From positions 193,936,001 through 194,000,000 of the forward strand of contig OX597814.1 of assembly GCA_951406725.2 (NCBI GenBank): a stretch of 64,000 nucleotides of DNA. Direction: 5' to 3'. This document shows, piece after piece, positions 51,560 through 64,000 of the stretch. Made by a program: the position numbers and the translations under genes. Position 1 is the stretch's first letter, and the number at the start of each line of letters is the position of its first letter. The DNA comes from Octopus vulgaris. Lineage: Eukaryota. A model generated the notes under the pieces. That model did no database searches and had not been told where the DNA came from. It saw nothing but the letters and a program-made list of their open reading frames with translations.

Positions 51560-52702
51560 AAGGCCTGAAACTTGGGGGAGGGGGATAGAAGAATACATCG
51601 ATCCCCCTGTGTTTCACTGGTACTTAATTTATCGAACCCCGAATGAATGAAAATCTAAATGGGCCTCAGCGGAATTTGAACTCAGAACGTAGCACCGGGT
51701 GGAAAAACCACTGAGCATTTCGTCCAGCTCGCTAACGATTCTTATTTCTTTATTGCCCACAAGGGGCTAAACACAGAGAGGACAAGCAAGGACAGGCAAA
51801 CGGATTAAGTCGATTATATCGACCCCAGTTAAGAAATCGAGCTGGCAGAACCGTTAGCACGCTGGGCGAAATGCGTAGTCGTATTTCGTCTGCCGCTACG
51901 TTCTGAGTTCAAATTCCGCCGAGGTCGACTTTGCCTTTCATCCTTTCGGGGTCGATAAATTAAGTACCAGTTACGCACTGGAGTCGATGTAATCGTCTTA
52001 ATCCGTTTGTCTGTCCTTGTTTGTCCCCTCTGTGTTTAGCCCCTTGTGGGCAGTAAAGAAACATATATCGACCCCAGTGCGTAACTGGTACTTATTTAAT
52101 CGACCCCGTAAGAATGAAAGGCAAAGTCGGCCTCAGCTGAATTTGAACTCAGAACGTAGCATCGGGTGGAAAAACCGCTGAGCATTTCGTCCAGCTTGCT
52201 AACGATTCTTATTTCTTTATTGCCCACAAGGGGCTAAACACAGAGAGGACAAGCAAGGACAGACAAACGGATTAAGTCGATTATATCGACCCCATTGCGT
52301 AACTGGTACTTATTTAATCAACCCCGAAATGATGAAAGGCAAAGTCGACCCCATTGCGTAACTGGTACTTATTTAATCAACCCCGAAATGATGAAAGGCA
52401 AAGTCGACCCCATTCCGTAACTGGTACTTATTTAATCAACCCCGAAATGATGAAAGGCAAAGTCGACCTCGGCGGAATTTGAACTCAGAACGTACCAGCA
52501 GACGAAATACCTATTTCAAACAAGGACAGACAAACGGATTAAGTTGATTACATCGACTCCAGTGCGTAACTGGTACTTAATTTATCGACCCCGAAATGAT
52601 GAAAGGCAAAGTCGACCTCGGCGGAATTTGAACTCAGAACGTAGCGGCAGACGAAATACCGCTAAGTATTTCGCCCGGCGTGCTAACGACTCTGCCAGCT
52701 CG
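51560..52702. mobile_element. Nested/tandem cluster of SINE family B
   Basis: Several minus-strand units, one plus-strand copy nested with TSD tatatcgaccccagt, and a 58-bp unit triplicated at ~52290-52465. Confidence 0.85.
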
Positions 52703-52716
52703 ACAGCTTCGCCATC

Positions 52717-52748
<32 letters not shown>

Positions 52749-52990
52749 CGTTGTGTGGTATGTAAGGAGAAAACAATGAAGTAGAGAAGAGCGTTACAAG
52801 TGAGAAGATGACAGTTGGTGTCTGATGAAAAAACCCCACAGCAACAGACTGGCCTGCTGCGATGGATTTCACGCAAATATGATATATAGAGTCACTCGGT
52901 ACACTTGTGCGCGCGCGCTAGTGTGTGTGTGAGAGAGAGATAGAGAGCAGAGTTTCAGTAAGAGAGTGTTTGTGTGCGCATGAATGTGTG

Positions 52991-53022
<32 letters not shown>

Positions 53023-53039
53023 CCGGTGTGTGTGTGTGT

Positions 53040-53700
53040 GTGCCGGTGTGTGTGTGTGTGCCGGTGTGTGTGTGTGTGCCTGTGTGTGAGAAAGAGAGAA
53101 GGAGAGCCAGTACGTGTGTGTGTGTATTTGTGAGTGTGCCTGTGTGTGTTTACCTGTGAGTGTGTATGTGTATGTGTGTGTATGTGTATGTGTGAGTGTG
53201 TGTTTGCCTGTGTGTGAGAAAGAGAGAAGGAGAGCCAGTACGTGTGTGTGTGTGTGTGTGTATTTGTGAGTGTGTGCCTCTGTGTGTTTACCTGTGAGTG
53301 TGTATGTGTATGTGTTTGCTTGTGTGTGAGAGAGCAGGAGAGGCAGTACGTGTGTGTGTGTGTATGTGTGTGTGTGCCTGTGTGTGAGAAAGAGAGAAGG
53401 AGAGCCAGTACGTGTGTGTGTGTGTATTTGTGAGTGTGTGCCTGTGTGTGTTTACCTGTGAGTGTGTATGTGTATGTGTGTGTATGTGTCTGCTTGTGTG
53501 TGAGAAAGAGAGAAGGAGAGCCAGTACGTGTGTGTATGTGTGTGTGTATTCGTGAGTGTGTGCCTGTGTGTCTTTACCTGTGAGTGTGTATGTGTGTATG
53601 TGTATCTGTGTGTATGTGTTTGCCTGTGTCTGAGAAAGAGAGAAGGAGAGCCAGTACGTGTGTGTGTATGTGTATGTGTGTGTGTGCCTCTGTGTGTATG
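53040..53700. repeat. TG-rich higher-order minisatellite (~100-130 bp unit, gagaaagagagaaggagagccagtacg anchor)
   Basis: Anchor recurs at ~53090, 53216, 53388, 53502, 53632; second cluster at 55090-55375. Confidence 0.85.
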
Positions 53701-53791
53701 TGTGTGTGGGTGCCTGTGTTTATGTGAGTTTGCTTGTGCATGCATGACAGAGGAGTTTGTGTGTGTGTGTGTCTGAGAGAGGTAAATTTGA

Positions 53792-53825
<34 letters not shown>

Positions 53826-54112
53826 GCGTTAGCCTTTCTGTGTGTATGTGCATATGTTGCTGTATGTGTTTGTACGTTTGTCCGTGAGTGCGTGTGTCAG
53901 ACAAGAAGAATTGGTGTGCGCGTGTGTGTATGCGTTAGTATGAGTGTATGTGTGTCTGTATGTATGTATGCGTGTCCGTGTTATGTCTGTGTGCCTGACC
54001 GTGTTTGTATGTGTGTGTGTGTGTGTGCGTATGTCTTTCAATGTGTCTGCGTGTGCAAACAGTGTGTGTGTGTGTGCGTGCGTATGTCTGTCAATGTGTC
54101 TGCGGTTGCAAA

Positions 54113-54177
<65 letters not shown>

Positions 54178-54605
54178 TGTGTCTGTGTGTGTGTGTGTGT
54201 GTGTGTCTGTCTGTGTCTGTGTGCAAACCTGATGAAACTTGAATCCCGTTCTTGATTTCATTATAAATAACACCACAGACGATTGTAGCTGATATTTGTT
54301 GTCTGGTTTAAAAGCAGCACTGATCGAGTAGACATATGATCAAAGGCCTTCCAATCGTGGCTGACCTTGTCTATTTTCAGACATAGTGTGGTGTATCTAG
54401 AACCACATTAACCAACGTTCTTTATTTTTAAAACGGCAGGGAGTCATTTGAGGGATATTTAGTTGCTATTTCTAGAAACTCGAGCAAACCACATACAGGC
54501 TCTTTGATTTATTTTGAGACGGGTGGGGTTGTTGGTGGTGATGCTGAGGCTGTTGTTGTTGTTGATGATGTTGTTGTTGTTGTTGTTGTTGCTGCTGCTG
54601 CTGCT

Positions 54606-54945
54606 AGTTTGTTTGTTTGTTGAGCAAAGCAGTCTTCTGTAGTGGGAGAAGTCCGAAACGTGGTCCTTTGCTATTCGTAAGACCCGCAGAAGAGAAAGCA
54701 GGTCAACCACCGACACCGAGACCATCGACGGATGGATGAAGTCGGGGACAAGAAACAGGAAGAAAGAGTGAGAGACAGTTGGAGCGAAACAGTACAACAG
54801 GGGTCGCCACCACTCCCTGCCGGAGCCTCGTGGAGTTTTAGGTGTTTTCGCTCAATAAACACACACAACGCCCGGTCTAGGATTCGAAACCGCAATCCTC
54901 CGACCGCGAGTCCGCTGCCCTAACCACTGGGCCATTGCGCCTCCA
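54606..54945 (-). mobile_element. SINE family C, (CAAA)n-tail variant
   Basis: Reverse complement of 46319-46698 with an internal deletion. Confidence 0.88.
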
Positions 54946-55089
54946 CTGCTGTTGTTGCTAGTGGTATTGATGGTAAGAGAGGTTGCGACGGCAGCGGCGT
55001 CGTAGGTGGGGAACGATAGGACTGGTGATTACGGAAAAGGCTTTTTGGCCGTTGTTTTACTCACGATTTACAATGGCGATGTAGTTTTG

Positions 55090-55375
55090 AGAAAGAGAGA
55101 GAGGGGGAGGCAGTGTGTGTGTGTGTGTATGTGTGTGTGTGAGTGTGTGCCGGTGTGTGTTTGCCTGTGTGTGAGAAAGAGAGAAGGAGAGCCAGTACGT
55201 GTGTGTGTGTGTGTGTATGTATTTGTGAGTGTGTGCCTCTGTGTGTTTAATTGTGAGTGTGTATGTGTGTATGTGTGTGTATGTGTTTGCTTGTGTGTGA
55301 GAAAGAGAGGAGAGCCAGTACGTGTGTGTGTGTGTGTTATGTGTGTGTGTGCCTGTGTGTGAGAAAGAGAGACGG
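55090..55375. repeat. Second cluster of the TG-rich minisatellite
   Basis: Same gagaaagagag..gagagccagtacg anchor. Confidence 0.8.
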
Positions 55376-55757
55376 AGATCCACTGACATCTGTGTCTCAA
55401 GGCTGACTACTCGGTAGGGCAGACAAGGTTGTGCTCCAAGGCTCATGTTTGACCTGAGGGTTTTCTTCATGAATAATGTTTTAAATGACTGAAATTAGGC
55501 TTCGAGAATGTTCAAACTGAACCGACCAAGTAACTTACAAAACATCATCAGTCAAGTCAGACTCCACTCTGGCATCTTATATTACGTTTAGTGGGTTAGT
55601 GTAGAGAAAACGCGTAGGCTGATGGTGAAGGGGTTGAACACGCCATCATAAAATCGTGAATTCGATTCTTGGCTCGGGTGATGCATTGAGCCTTTAAATA
55701 AGGCGCTTCAACTCACGTTGTTCCTGTCCCCTCCGCAATGCCAACCTGGTACTGGTG

Positions 55758-56009
55758 CAGATGTCACATTCTCCAGATGTCACACCCTCCAGATGCCACA
55801 CCCTCCAGATGTCACACTCTCCAGATGTCACACTATCCAGATGTCACACCCTCCAGATGTCACACTCTCCAGATGTCACACTATCCAGATGTCACACTAT
55901 CCAGATGTCACACTCTCCAGATGTCACACTCTTCAGATGTCACACCCTCCAGATGTCACACTCTCCAGATGCCACAGCTTCTCCAGATGTCACATTCTCC
56001 AGATGTCAT
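55758..56009. repeat. 17-bp minisatellite (ccagatgtcacac[t/c][c/a]t), ~14-15 copies
   Basis: Head-to-tail units without spacers. Confidence 0.95.
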
Positions 56010-56569
56010 ATTTTTTATGTTCAGCTGGGTCAGGAGTAGGAAGGTCATGCGGATGTCTATTTTTGCTCGCGAATACACAGGCATCTAAAAAAAATTAGTG
56101 AAAGCATGGTACTTACTACCAGATCATACTCGCTTGCAAGTGACGGCTGTGGTCTTCTTCATCTTCCAATCAGGACTCATGCCATTAGCCACAAAAAATA
56201 ATCGCTAATTCGAGCATACTCTACGCTACTAAGCTCTAAGAATGCGTGTGGAAACTTGAAGATCCACCCACCACACGCGATAGACTGGCGGTTGCACGGG
56301 CGCGAAAGCTACATTAGCTTTTAACGGGTGGAGAGCTGAACCATCCTGGGGTACAGAGGATTCACAATCTAGACTAGGGTCTGAAAGTTTACCACACCGG
56401 AGCCTTTTGCTCAATGTTTTTGCTCAATAAACACTCACAATGCCCGGTCTGGGAATCGAAACCGCGTTCTTACGACCGCGAGTCAGCTGCCCTAACCACT
56501 GCGATTTGACAATGGATTAAATGGATTCCAATATATTTGAGATACTTATTACAGTCTCTATATCTATAT

Positions 56570-57348
56570 AGGCGTAGGAGTGGCTGTGTGGTAAGTAGCT
56601 TGCCTCCCAACCACATGGTTCCGGGTTCAGTCCCACCGCGTGGCACCTTGCACAAGTGTCTTCAACTATAGCCTCGGGTCGACCAAAGCCTTGTGAGTGG
56701 ATTTGATAGACGGAAACTGAAAGAGGCCCCTCGTATATATGTGTGTCCCACCATCGCTTGACAACCGATGTTTGTATGTTTATGTCCCCCGTAACTAAGC
56801 GATTAGGCAAAAGAGGCCGATAGAATAAGTACTCGTCTTACAAAGAATAGGTCCTGGGGTCGATTTGCTCGACTAAAGGCAGTGCCCCAGCATGGTCGCA
56901 ATCAAATGACTAAAACAAGTAAAACAAGTAAAAGAGGATACTAACAGGCACAGGAGTGACTGTGTGATTAGTAGCTTGCTTACCAACCACATGCTTCCGG
57001 GTTCAGTCCCACTGCACGGTACCTTGGGCAAGTGTCTTCTACTATAGCCTTGGGCCGACCAAAGCCTTGTGAGTGGATTTGGTAGACGGAAACTGAAAGA
57101 AGCCTGTCGTATATATGTATATGTATATATATGTGTATGTGTGTGTGTGTTTGTGTGTCTGCGTTTGTCCCCCCCCCCCCAACATCGCTTGACAACCGAT
57201 GCTGGTGCGTTTATGTCCCCCGTAATTTAGCGGTTCGGCAAAATAGACCGATAGAATACAAAGAATAATACCCGGGGTCGATTTCCTCGACTAAAGGCGG
57301 TGCTCCAGCATGGCTGCAGTCAAATGACTGAAACAAGTAAAAGAGTAA
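56570..57348 (+). mobile_element. Two tandem SINE family A copies
   Basis: Copies at ~56570-56935 and ~56946-57348. Confidence 0.88.
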
Positions 57349-57649
57349 ACAGTAAATAGTATATACCCAGTCGAAAGCAAGAGCAACAGCATGACAGGAA
57401 ATGATTTCAACCATAGTTTATATATCAGAGTGCCATCTGCTAAATTCTTTCAGCATAAAATACCCCACACGTTAATAAGAAATAATGTAAGTGTTTTCCT
57501 TCTCCGAGGGTTATTCTGGCGTGCCTAGTCACAAGCCTGAGTATTTTTATGCTTCGGTACAAAATAAACACACATACATACATGTGCGTGTGTGTGTGTG
57601 TGTGTTGTTTCTACAATAAGTAGAAAGCCCGATGTTTAAAGGAGGAATA

Positions 57650-58400
57650 GAAGTCAATAACATCTACTCCAGTACTTCCCTGGTACTTTATCTTATCATC
57701 CCCGATGATAGGATGAAAGGTAAAATTGACTTCGGAGTGATTTGAAGTCGGAACGTAAAGAGCCGGAGCAAATACCGCAAAACACTTCGTTCGACCCTCT
57801 AACATTTCTGATTTGTTTATTGCCCACAAGGGGCTAAACACAGAAAGGACAAACAAGGACAGACAAACGGATTAAGTCAATTATATCGACCCCAGTGCGT
57901 AACTAGTACTTATTTAATCGACCCCCGAAAGGATGAACGGCAAAGTCGACCTTGGCGGAATTTGAACTCAGAACGTAGCGGCAGACGAAATACCTATTTC
58001 TTTACTGCCCACATAGAGGGGACAAACAAGAACAGACAAACGGATTAAGTCAATTATATCGACTCCAGTGAGTAACTGGTACTTAATTTATCGACCCCGA
58101 AAGGATGAAAGGCAAAGTTGACCTCGGCGGAATTTGAACTCAGGACGTAGCGGCCGACGAAATACCTATTTCTTTACTGCCCACAAGGGGCTAAACATAG
58201 AGGGGACAAACAAGGACAGACAAACGGATTAAGTCGATTATATCGACTCCAGTACGTAACTGGTACTTAATTTATCGACCCCGAAAGGATGAAAGGCAAA
58301 GTCGACCTCGGCGGAATTTGAACACAGAACGTAACGGCAGACGAAATACCACTAAGCATTTCGCCCAACGTACTAACGATTCTGCCAGCTCGTCGCCTTT
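57650..58400 (-). mobile_element. SINE family B tetramer
   Basis: Units of ~170-180 bp with junctions at gaaatacc|tatttc (~57994, ~58166) and catttc|tgatttg (~57808). Confidence 0.85.
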
Positions 58401-58504
58401 ATCGTTGACCCTCTAACGATTCTGCCAAGACTAAAGAGCAGCCCTCTGCCCATGGGGCTGCTAGTCACCAACTCCATGAGAAAAGTTTTATTTATTTTTT
58501 TCAT

Positions 58505-58812
58505 TTACGCGCCCTTTTCAAGCTTAGCCAGGCTCATGGGCCCGGTTTCCCGGTTTCTGTGGCGTATATGTTTCCCCCAGCTGGACGGGACGCCAGTCCA
58601 TCGTAGTGTTACTCAAGAAACAAGAAGGAAGAGAGAGTGAGAGAAAGTTGGGGCGAAAGAGTACAACAGTGGGTCGCCACCACCCCCTGCCGGAGCCTCG
58701 TGGAGCTTTTAGGTGTTTCGCTCGATAAACACACAACGCCCTGTCTGGGAATCGAAACCGCGATCCCCCGACCGCGAGTCCACTGCCCTAACCACTGGGC
58801 CATTGCACCTCC
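58505..58812 (-). mobile_element. SINE family C, V-domain-like tail variant
   Basis: Same head as 46319 but with the tail of 42921-43205. Confidence 0.85.
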
Positions 58813-58981
58813 ACGAGAACAGTTTTGATTCCCATTAAAACCATCTTTGTTGTCTTAAATTGCTCTTTGTACTTTGCATTTTTCCTAAACATTTCGCGCA
58901 GGAGAGTTGGAAACTTCCTTTTGGAATCAGTAATGTAAAAATTCGAACCGGGATCAGTTTTCGTTTAACGATAATTCAAAT

Positions 58982-59374
58982 GGATGGAAGCACTCCGTCG
59001 GTTACGACGACGAGGGTTCCGGTTGATCCGATCAACGGAACTGCCTGCTCGTGAAATTAACGTGTAAGTGGCTGAGCACTCCACAGACACGTGTACCCTT
59101 AACGTAGTTCTCGGGGATATTCAGCGTGACACAAGAGAGTGACAAGGCCGGCCCTTTGAAATACAGGTACAACAGAAACAGGAAGTAAGAGTGAGAGAAA
59201 GTTGTGGTGAAAGAGTACAGCAGGGATCACCACCATCCCTGCCGGAGCCTCGTGGAGCTTTAGGTGTTTTCGCTCAATAAACACTCACAACGCCCGGTCT
59301 GGGAATCGAAATCGCGATCCTACGACCGCGAGTCCGCTGCCCTAACCACTGGGCCACTGGGCCATTGCGCCTCC
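58982..59374 (-). mobile_element. SINE family C, third tail variant, 14-bp TSD
   Basis: TSD acgataattcaaat at 58968-58981 and 59375-59388; lies ~115 bp upstream of exon B. Confidence 0.88.
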
Positions 59375-59490
59375 ACGATAATTCAAATATATATACTTCC
59401 TCTATTACTTTGATCTAAATTTATAAAACTGAAAGTTGAAGGTATGTTTTACTATTTTAATTATTCATTTATTTAATTGTTTCGTTTCAG

Positions 59491-59588
59491 AATAGCACAG
59501 CGACCCAAATACAGAAAGGTGTATCGAGTTAGGAAGGAACTGGCTTGGAAATGCTGTCCTGGTTTTAACGGCAACAATTGTGAAAATG
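59491..59588 (+). CDS. Internal exon B of the EMI-domain protein, C-terminal half of EMI domain
   Basis: tttcAG acceptor (59489-59490), GTAAC donor at 59589. Splices in frame to exon A (AA+A=Lys) and reads KIAQRPKYRKVYRVRKELAWKCCPGFNGNNCEN, with the hallmark EMI RPxYR...WxCCPGFxGxxC motif. Confidence 0.9.
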
Positions 59589-60229
59589 GTAACGACTAAA
59601 TTCTTTCACTTCATATTATTGTTACCAATTTATGTAGAAAACCAGCAATTTTGAGGGAGGTGGGGTTAGTTGACATCACTAAGGGAGGTGGGGTTAGTTG
59701 AATGCAGAACAAATACAGCCAGACATTTTATCTGCCGTTCAAGAATTTGGACCTGGAGATCTCCATTTCCAGTGACTTCGAGGGCCACCTCCCAGTGGTG
59801 TCGGGCGTCAACGAAGAGCCCTCGACTACAACAAGACGACCAAAGTTTTTTTTCCAAGGTCTGGGGTCTCCTGCCCCTAAGCCCTAGACCATCACCTAAT
59901 CACCCTTACCCGTCTTGTTCCTTAACAACAGCAACAACAACGACATTTTATCCGACGCTTTAACGATTCTAGCATAGTCCTGGGTACACTGACCCTGGGT
60001 TAAAAGAAAAAAAAAAGAGGGATAGTAAATGCTTCAACACCTTTTAACACCTTTAATCCATAAGTGTGCTCAATCATTGATGTCCTAGGGGTAAACAACA
60101 GGTAGCACAAAAAAAAAACTACCGTTAAAAACAGGTCAATGACACTTCTACTTCCGCTTAAGAAGTCAGTATCGTAGCCGTTCACTAATTCACCTTATCA
60201 TCAACATAGCTAAATAGACTTCATAAAAA

Positions 60230-60251
60230 GTTGTTGTTATTGTTGTTGTTA

Positions 60252-60282
<31 letters not shown>

Positions 60283-60284
60283 TA

Positions 60285-60328
<44 letters not shown>

Positions 60329-60505
60329 CATTATTGCTATTGTTATTGTTATTGTTACTATTATTATTATTATTATTATTATTATTATCATTATTGTTAT
60401 TGTTACTATTATTATTATTATTATTATTTATTATTATTATTATTATTATTGTTATTGTTATTGTTATTGTTGTTGGTGTTGTTGTTGGTGTTGTTGTTGT
60501 TGTTA

Positions 60506-60537
<32 letters not shown>

Positions 60538-60589
60538 GTTATTGTTATTGTTGTTGTTGGTGTTGTTGTTGGTGTTGTTGCTGTTGTTA

Positions 60590-60666
<77 letters not shown>

Positions 60667-60680
60667 CATTATTATCATTA
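60230..60680. repeat. (TTA/TTG)n microsatellite
   Basis: Direct inspection. Confidence 0.95.
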
Positions 60681-61007
60681 TCCAACGAACATTTCTTATT
60701 CTTAGCAACAATTTTGTCGACAAGCTAGTTATTCTAAATTCATTGTACTTTACCGTATTTCTATTTCCGGTCTTAAAATTACTTTCATCGTTCCCGTAAT
60801 TGCTGTTGAATGACAAATAAAAATCTAATATTTCTTGTTTGCTGTGGGGTTTTGTTTTTTTTTGTCATTTTCTTTTTGCTTTTCTTATGCATTTTTTTTT
60901 TTGGTGGGGTGGAGGGATCAGTTTTGCTTTCGTTAAACATTACAGATTTTGTGCTTTTTAAATTTTTTTAATCTTTACTTTTTTTTTTTTCTCTCGTTTC
61001 ATTCCAG

Positions 61008-61069
61008 AATGTTTTAATTGCACAGTTCTGGAAACTATGCAGAATCAAATAAAGCAGTTAGAGACACGA
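61008..61069 (+). CDS. Internal exon C: CxNC motif + coiled coil following the EMI domain
   Basis: Long T tract + ttccAG acceptor, GTAAGT donor at 61070. In frame with exon B (G+AA=Glu), reads ECFNCTVLETMQNQIKQLETR, resembling ECMNCTRLSDMSERLTTLEAK of vertebrate COL26A1 (recalled, not aligned). Confidence 0.85.
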
Positions 61070-61212
61070 GTAAGTATTAAGAATCTCTTATGTTTTTCCC
61101 ATCTTTTACTTGTTTCAGTTCGTAGACTGCGACCATGCTGGGGCATCATCTGAGAGGTTTTTTTAGTCGAATGGATCACCCTAGTATTTATTTCTTTTAA
61201 AAGCCTGGTACA

Positions 61213-61399
61213 TTGATTGGTTGAAATTGCCGAAATGCAAGAAATTAAAGACCAAATATCTTACAAACTATAGAATTTTCTCAATAAAGCCAAGAGAAAA
61301 AGATGTTTTATAAACACATTCTACCAGTATACGAAGTTTAAAAGTGTTTAGTTACATAGAAATTATTTTAAAAAACTGCCGTTCAAACCGAAAAGATCC
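61213..61399. mobile_element. Solo TIR arm related to the telomere-core MITE, inside an old SINE A
   Basis: attgattggttgaaatt.ccgaaat...acacattctaccagt...aaagtgtttagttaca...aaagatcc parallels 17911-18099. Confidence 0.7.
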
Positions 61400-61714
61400 C
61401 TTATTCTATCGGATCTCTATCACCGAATGGCTAAGTTACGTGGACGTAAACGCACCAATATCGGTTGTGCATCGATGGTAGGAGTGGGCACACACAAATA
61501 CACATACACACACATGCGCGCGCATATATATAGTTCACAGATGAGATCCAGATATTCTATGATTAGAATTCACTTTGAAGTGCCCAAAAATTTCAAACTT
61601 AGACTCCGATGTCTTTAGAGGGGATCATTCCATAAGGTAAGAGGGATCAGGTTGAGCGGGTAGAGAAGCAAATGTGGGGATAAGTAAATTAAACACATCA
61701 AATATATGAAGTAT

Positions 61715-62129
61715 ACTCTTTACTCTTTTACTCTTTTACTTGTTTCAGTCATTTGACTGCGGCCATGCTGGAGCACCGCCTTTAGTCGAGCAAATCAACC
61801 CCAGGACTTATTCTTTGTAAGCCTAGTACTTATTCTATCGGTCTCTTTTGCCGAACCGCTAAGTTACGGGGACGTCAACACACCAGCATCGGTTGTCAAG
61901 TGATGTTGGGGGACAAACACAGACACACAAACATATACACACACATATATATATATACATATATATGACGGGCTTCTTTCAGTTTCCGCCCAAAAAGTCC
62001 ACTCACAAGGCTTTGGTCGGCCCGAGGTTATAGTAGAAGAGACTTGCCCAAGGTGCCACGCAGTGTGACTGAACCCGGAACCATGTAGTTGGTAAACAAG
62101 CTACTTACCACACAGCCACTCCTACGCCT
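61715..62129 (-). mobile_element. SINE family A
   Basis: Full-length reverse copy. Confidence 0.9.
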
Positions 62130-62199
62130 ATGTTATTCCTTTTTTCTTCTTTTCTTTTTTGGAGGTTCTGGCGGGCACAATGCCCGAAATTTTGGGGGA

Positions 62200-62732
62200 C
62201 GAGCCCACTCGGTTAGATCGACCTAGTATGCAACTGGTACTTAATTTATCGACCTCGAAAAGATGAAAGGCAAGGTCGAGCTTTGCCTTTCAGAACATGA
62301 ATACAGACGAAATACCTATTTCTTTACTACCCACAAGGGGCTAAACACAGAGAGGACAAACAAGGACAGACAAATGGATTAAGTCGATTACATCGATCCG
62401 AGTGCGTAACTGGTACTTAATTTATCGACCTCGAAAAAATGAAAGGCGAAGACGACCTCGGCGGAATTTGAACTCAGAACGTAGCGGCAGACGAAATACC
62501 TATTTCTTTATTACCCACAAGGGGCCAAAGACAGAGGGGACAAACAAGGACAGACATAGGTATCAGGTCGATTACATCGACCCCAGTACGTAACTGGTAC
62601 TTAATTTATCGTCCCCGAAAGGATGAAAGGCAAAGTCGACCTCAGCGGAATTTGAACTCAGAACGTAACGACAGACGAAATACGGCTACGCATTTCGCCC
62701 GGCGTGCTAACGTTTCTGCCAGCTCGCCACCT
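62200..62732 (-). mobile_element. SINE family B trimer
   Basis: Junctions gaaatacc|tatttc at ~62316 and ~62500. Confidence 0.85.
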
Positions 62733-63083
62733 TGTGGCTGTGAATATTATGGAGGCGATGAAGGTGACGGGCAGGCAGAATTATTAGTATGCCGGACTAC
62801 ATGTATAGCAGCATTTCTTCTCTCTTTACGTTCCATATTCAAATTCCACCGAGGCCAACTATGTCTTTTAAATTAGGCAGTCAGCTGGCAGAATCGTTAG
62901 CAAGCCGGACAAAATGCTTAGCGGCATTTCGTCTGTCTTTACGTTCTGGGTTCAAATTCCGCCGAGCTCGACTTGGCTTTTCGTCCTTTCGGGATCGATA
63001 AATTAAGTACTGAGGTCGATGCAATCGACTTCCTTCTCGCTTCAAAATATGCTGAGCTAAAAGTTGAAGCCATTATTTTGCAA

Positions 63084-63525
63084 GGGCGTAGGAGTGACTG
63101 TGTGGTAAGTAGCTTGCTTACCAACCACATGGTTCCGGGTTCAGTCCCACTGTGTGGCATCTTGGGCAAGTGTCTTCTACTATAGCCTCGGGCCGACCAA
63201 AGCCTTGTGAGTGGATTTGGTAGACGGAAACTGAAAGAAGCCCGTCGTATATACGTATGTGTGTGTGTGTGTATGTGTGTGTGTGTGTGTGCGTGTGTGT
63301 GTGTGTGTATGTTTATGTGTCTGTGTTTGTTCCCCCAACATCGCTTGACAACCGATGCTGGTGTGTTTACGTCCCCGTAAGCTAGCGGTTCGGCAAAAGA
63401 CACCAATAGAATAAGTAGTAGGCTTACAAAGAATAATTCCTGGGGTCGATTTGCTCGACTAAAATGTGATGCTCCAGCATGGCCACAGTGAAATGACTGA
63501 AGCAAGAAAAAGAGTAAAAGAGTGA
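63084..63525 (+). mobile_element. SINE family A
   Basis: Consensus match; flanked by older family B copies (~62870-63030, ~63530-63710). Confidence 0.9.
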
Positions 63526-63888
63526 GGGAGAAAGGCAGTGAATTGCAAAATGGTTAGCGCGCCGGACAAAATGCCCAGCGGCATTTCTTTCGGTTTTAAG
63601 TTCTGAGTTCAAATCCCGCCGAAGTCGACATTGCCTTTCATGCTTTCGGGGGTCAATAAAATAAGTAGCAGTTGAACACTGGGGTCTATATAATCGACTC
63701 GCCCCCTCACTCAAAATTTTATGCCTTGTACCTATAAGTAGAAAGGATTAGTTTGAGGCAAGCGAACACAGACGACTTGCTAACTCGGGTCGACATTCCA
63801 AGCTGTCAAAAACCTTGTGGTAAATCCCCGGTACTTAATTTCCCAACGAGACTAAATATATATTTATTTAACATATGGATGTATAGCT

Positions 63889-63936
<48 letters not shown>

Positions 63937-64000
63937 CTCCCTCTCTCTCTTTCTCTCTCTCCCTCTCTCTCTATATATATATATACATATATATGTATAT

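Noticed and set aside
55718-56098. Repetitive ORFs / CRISPR-like array
   Set aside because: Head-to-tail 17-bp units with no unique spacers, no cas genes, eukaryotic context.

Overview
This is eukaryotic, AT-rich, microsatellite-dense DNA, most likely from an octopod cephalopod (inferred from recognisable SINE families; not verified by search). Almost the whole window is one ~59-kb intron of a + strand gene missed by the ORF track. Three small exons (387-503, 59491-59588, 61008-61069) splice in frame into an EMI domain followed by a CxNC + coiled-coil segment, as in collagen XXVI/EMID1. The intron holds: (1) a near-perfect 1.7-kb palindrome made of two copies of a Penelope-like GIY-YIG 3' end, each carrying a variant type-I hammerhead-ribozyme motif; (2) a nearly intact R4/Dong-like RT + restriction-like-endonuclease retrotransposon with one in-frame stop, stacked with other elements inside (TAA)n repeats; (3) Tc1/mariner remnants and MITEs, one with a telomere-like core; (4) a non-autonomous Helitron; (5) dozens of tRNA-derived SINEs, including a family that repeatedly joins to its own copies at fixed sites. 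Most ORFs in the supplied track are microsatellite or SINE artefacts.
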